Assembly: GCA_963664815.2 (NCBI GenBank)
Contig: CAXXHB010000003.1
Location: 1,760,001-1,824,000 of the forward strand
Origin: Spirochaetota bacterium
GTDB lineage: Bacteria > Spirochaetota > UBA4802 > UBA5550
DNA: 64,000 nucleotides
Direction: 5' to 3'
The notes beneath the pieces were generated by a model. It was not told where the DNA came from and searched no databases. It worked only from the letters and a program-made list of their open reading frames with translations. Below, piece after piece: positions 61,522 to 64,000 of the stretch (positions are counted from its first letter, which is position 1; each line of letters begins with the position of its first letter). A program made the translations under genes and the position numbers.

Positions 61522-63461
61522 TATCCCACCTCAAGACCAAGTTCAGCTTCAATAACAGGTATAAGCTCTTCAATTTTTCTCATAACCAAAGACGCGATTG
61601 TTTCAGGATCGGAAGCTCCGGAAATATTAAAAACGGGGGCAATTGTTATACTGGCGCTTCGTTTTCCTCCTGACAGGGCATGGTTAGGTACAATTTTACC
61701 AGATCGATCAGATTTAAACAGTTCAGGGCCTCTCTCCCCAACTAAATATTCATCTCCGGCATTAATGTCGCCGCCGCCGGCGCGTGCTTCAACGGGGCTC
61801 GAGTCACTGCTGACATTTATCTTTCCCAGGAGGTTTACAACTGCATCTGGTAGTAAATCTTTAAGAATGTCTTTCAATCCGGATAATAATGCCTTGATTC
61901 TGTCAGGTATGGATTTAAAAAAGGAAACGACTCTGTCTGGAATAGATTTGAGGAATGCAGCTATCTGATCCCAATAAAAGTATATTGCACTTATTGGAAA
62001 TATTGCCATTACAAAATACTTCCCATACTGTTTAAAGAACTCGTAAATTGTTGAAAAGAATCCTTTTATTTTCCCAAAGACTCCTGCAATGATAGAGGGG
62101 CCTCCGTTGAAAGCATTCCATATATCCTTAACAACCCAGACCAGAAGCCGCATTGGTGCGGTAAGTACTTTAATAGTATTTCCCAGGACTCCGCCTTTGT
62201 TTATCCAATTACCAAGTAATGATTCCCCGCCATTCATCCAGACCCACAAATCTTCAAAGACAAGCACAAGAGCTGTGATTATTGCAATCACTGCATAAAC
62301 AGGTAAAAAGGCTAAAACCATTGAAGCAGCAAATTTCAATGTTTCAATTTTTAATAATCCCATTGTTTTGATTGCATTAACAAGTACACTACCAAAAAAT
62401 ATGATTGCAACTGGTGTTAATGCAAGTACTGCTCCTTTGACAACATTCATTGCCCAGGGTGTTTTTATTAACCAACCTAATACTGAATTCCCGACATTTG
62501 CAAGTGGTCGTAGAGCTTCGTTAATCATATTTCCAATAGATATTTTAACAGTATCAACATTTCCGCTGAAAGTTGAAAGCACACCTGATGTGGTCATTGA
62601 GCGTTTATCCATTGTTCCAAAAAACAATCCACCGGCTGATGTTAAATTCTCAAATCCCTGTTTCAGTATATCGAATGAAATTTCACCTTTTGATGCCATA
62701 TCAAAAACCTGTTTTTCACTCTTGCCGATTGATCTTCCAATTGCCCCATATAAAACAGGAACCTGCTGCAGCATCTCATTATCAGCTTTCTTAAGTGCAA
62801 ATGCTTTGCCATATAATTTTGACATTTCAGCAAAATCTTTATCTGTTCCTGCAGATACATCACCCACCATCTTCATATGTTTCATCACATCTTTGGCAGC
62901 AATACCATATTGAAGCATTGCTTTTCCTGCCTCATTAACCGGGCCCGGTTCAAAGGGAGATATATCAGCGAATTCTTTAAATCCCATAAGAGTTTGTTTG
63001 GCAAGGTTTGCATCTTTCAGCATTATTTCAAGAGACACAGACAAATCTTCAGTTTTCATGGCCAGCTTTGACATCTCACCCGCTTCACCCATAAGTTTGG
63101 AACCGATTCCTGCAGCAGCAAGTGCTGTCATTGCATCAGAGAGCCCGCCAACCGCTTCTTTTGTCTCTTTTGTTTTCTGCTGAACCTCACTCATTGAGAG
63201 ACCATACTTCTTCGCAAAATCGCCCATATCACGGTTCTTTTTTGAAGTTTCCTGAAGCTCTCTCAATTGTTCTTTTGTAAGACCGATTCTTTTAGCATAA
63301 TCGCGCATTTCACGGGCCATGTCATCAACGCCGTCAACATAATCATCAGCCAGTCCCAGGGCTTGTCGTACCTCCCTGTTCCAGTCGGCAAGATCGTCCT
63401 TGGCCTTTTTTCCGGAAAGGTCTATTTCAATCCCCAGCATTCTTAATGGTTTACCGCTCAT
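61521..63461 (-). CDS. Tail tape measure protein
   Basis: FADISPF, GDVSAG, GGLFFG, ARAGGG and YLVGERGPELF; central hydrophobic region. Confidence 0.92.
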   Translation of the reverse strand: MSGKPLRMLGIEIDLSGKKAKDDLADWNREVRQALGLADDYVDGVDDMAREMRDYAKRIGLTKEQLRELQETSKKNRDMGDFAKKYGLSMSEVQQKTKETKEAVGGLSDAMTALAAAGIGSKLMGEAGEMSKLAMKTEDLSVSLEIMLKDANLAKQTLMGFKEFADISPFEPGPVNEAGKAMLQYGIAAKDVMKHMKMVGDVSAGTDKDFAEMSKLYGKAFALKKADNEMLQQVPVLYGAIGRSIGKSEKQVFDMASKGEISFDILKQGFENLTSAGGLFFGTMDKRSMTTSGVLSTFSGNVDTVKISIGNMINEALRPLANVGNSVLGWLIKTPWAMNVVKGAVLALTPVAIIFFGSVLVNAIKTMGLLKIETLKFAASMVLAFLPVYAVIAIITALVLVFEDLWVWMNGGESLLGNWINKGGVLGNTIKVLTAPMRLLVWVVKDIWNAFNGGPSIIAGVFGKIKGFFSTIYEFFKQYGKYFVMAIFPISAIYFYWDQIAAFLKSIPDRVVSFFKSIPDRIKALLSGLKDILKDLLPDAVVNLLGKINVSSDSSPVEARAGGGDINAGDEYLVGERGPELFKSDRSGKIVPNHALSGGKRSASITIAPVFNISGASDPETIASLVMRKIEELIPVIEAELGLEVG

Positions 63462-63712
63462 TCTCCTGGCCTTCTTTTTCTCTCTTTATAGCTTCCCTTC
63501 CAAGCTGTGATCTGTAATTCATTGCCGCATTGAGTTTCATTAAAAATAAAGGCCCTTCGCGGTCATAATCGGACTTATCAATCTTAACAAGTCCGGACGC
63601 AATGGGCCTCCAGTATTGCCAGTTTTTCTCTACCTGCCTACTTATCTTTTGAAGATACTCTTTGGGTTTCTGTTTTTTCCGTTCCTGTGGGAATAGCAAT
63701 ATCCCCGCGCAG
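63451..63712 (-). CDS. Frameshifted extension (T-like ORF) of the tail assembly chaperone; start approximate
   Basis: Overlaps the chaperone in the +1/-2 frame; ends at the tape measure start; no clear RBS of its own. Confidence 0.55.
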
Positions 63713-63994
63713 AAACCGGCGCAGGAGTTTCTGCCATACCTCCAGTTCTGCAGGTTTAACATTATCTATAGTAGGTTTAAAATCATGATTTTCAGGGATA
63801 ACACAGTGTTCGAAGGCATTATCCATAAAACTTACAGTATCAAGACCCTTCTCAAAATCGAATGATTCCTGGTTCCACTCCATATACGTCCTGTTTCCCG
63901 GATGCTGGAGCTTGTAATTACGGCCATCAATGAACTTAATAATTACGATCTGGCCGTCTTTTTCAGATGAAATGATAACTGGATTCTTTTTCAT
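63638..63994 (-). CDS. Tail assembly chaperone (G-like)
   Basis: AGAGG RBS; YKLQHPG; immediately upstream of the tape measure gene. Confidence 0.75.
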   Translation of the reverse strand: MKKNPVIISSEKDGQIVIIKFIDGRNYKLQHPGNRTYMEWNQESFDFEKGLDTVSFMDNAFEHCVIPENHDFKPTIDNVKPAELEVWQKLLRRFLRGDIAIPTGTEKTETQRVSSKDK

Positions 63995-64000
63995 ACCTCT

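Larger units (their letters stand above)
52750..64000 (-). mobile_element. Prophage late region (contractile tail), probably Mu-like transposable; runs off the window
   Basis: Tape measure-baseplate-fibre-Dam gene order; TG-starting end with TGCAAAA repeats at the helicase truncation. Confidence 0.8.

Noticed and set aside
659-63865. Numerous short ORFs antisense to or nested in recognised genes
   Set aside because: Shadow frames of well-supported genes, without motifs or RBS.

Overview
AT-rich bacterial chromosome segment, most likely from a Spirochaetota (Leptospirae-like) organism. This is inferred from the proA-nadD-LytR-rsfS order, fliS and several lipoproteins. About 1-24 kb is housekeeping: PP2C/TPR phosphatase, rlmN, PBP1A, M23, two CNNM genes, HIT, STAS/HD-GYP, SPL-like radical SAM, prfB, fliS, purC, gatB, proA, nadD and rsfS. 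About 24-41 kb is accessory metabolism: a BirA operator-birA-sodium:solute symporter unit, a stand-alone NrdD glycyl-radical domain, an Fe-S protein, acyl-CoA dehydrogenase, DEAD helicase plus RRM, msrAB, GH1 plus an EamA-glycoside hydrolase fusion, and MarR with two operators. About 42-44.3 kb is a dense patch of palindromic REP-like repeats, including a 212-bp tandem array and one element sitting in frame inside a GNAT gene. About 44.3-52.7 kb is a very AT-rich, defence-like island with attC-like boundaries and no integrase in the window. It holds a SIR2-NTPase-TPR gene split cleanly by an IS3 element, a KAP NTPase, a membrane protein and a zinc-ribbon/UvrD helicase truncated at a probable prophage end. 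From about 52.75 kb to the window end is the late region of a contractile-tail, probably Mu-like transposable prophage: moron lipoprotein, Dam methylase with a structured leader, tail fibre, baseplate, tape measure and a frameshift-type chaperone pair. All calls come from reading motifs; no database search was run.
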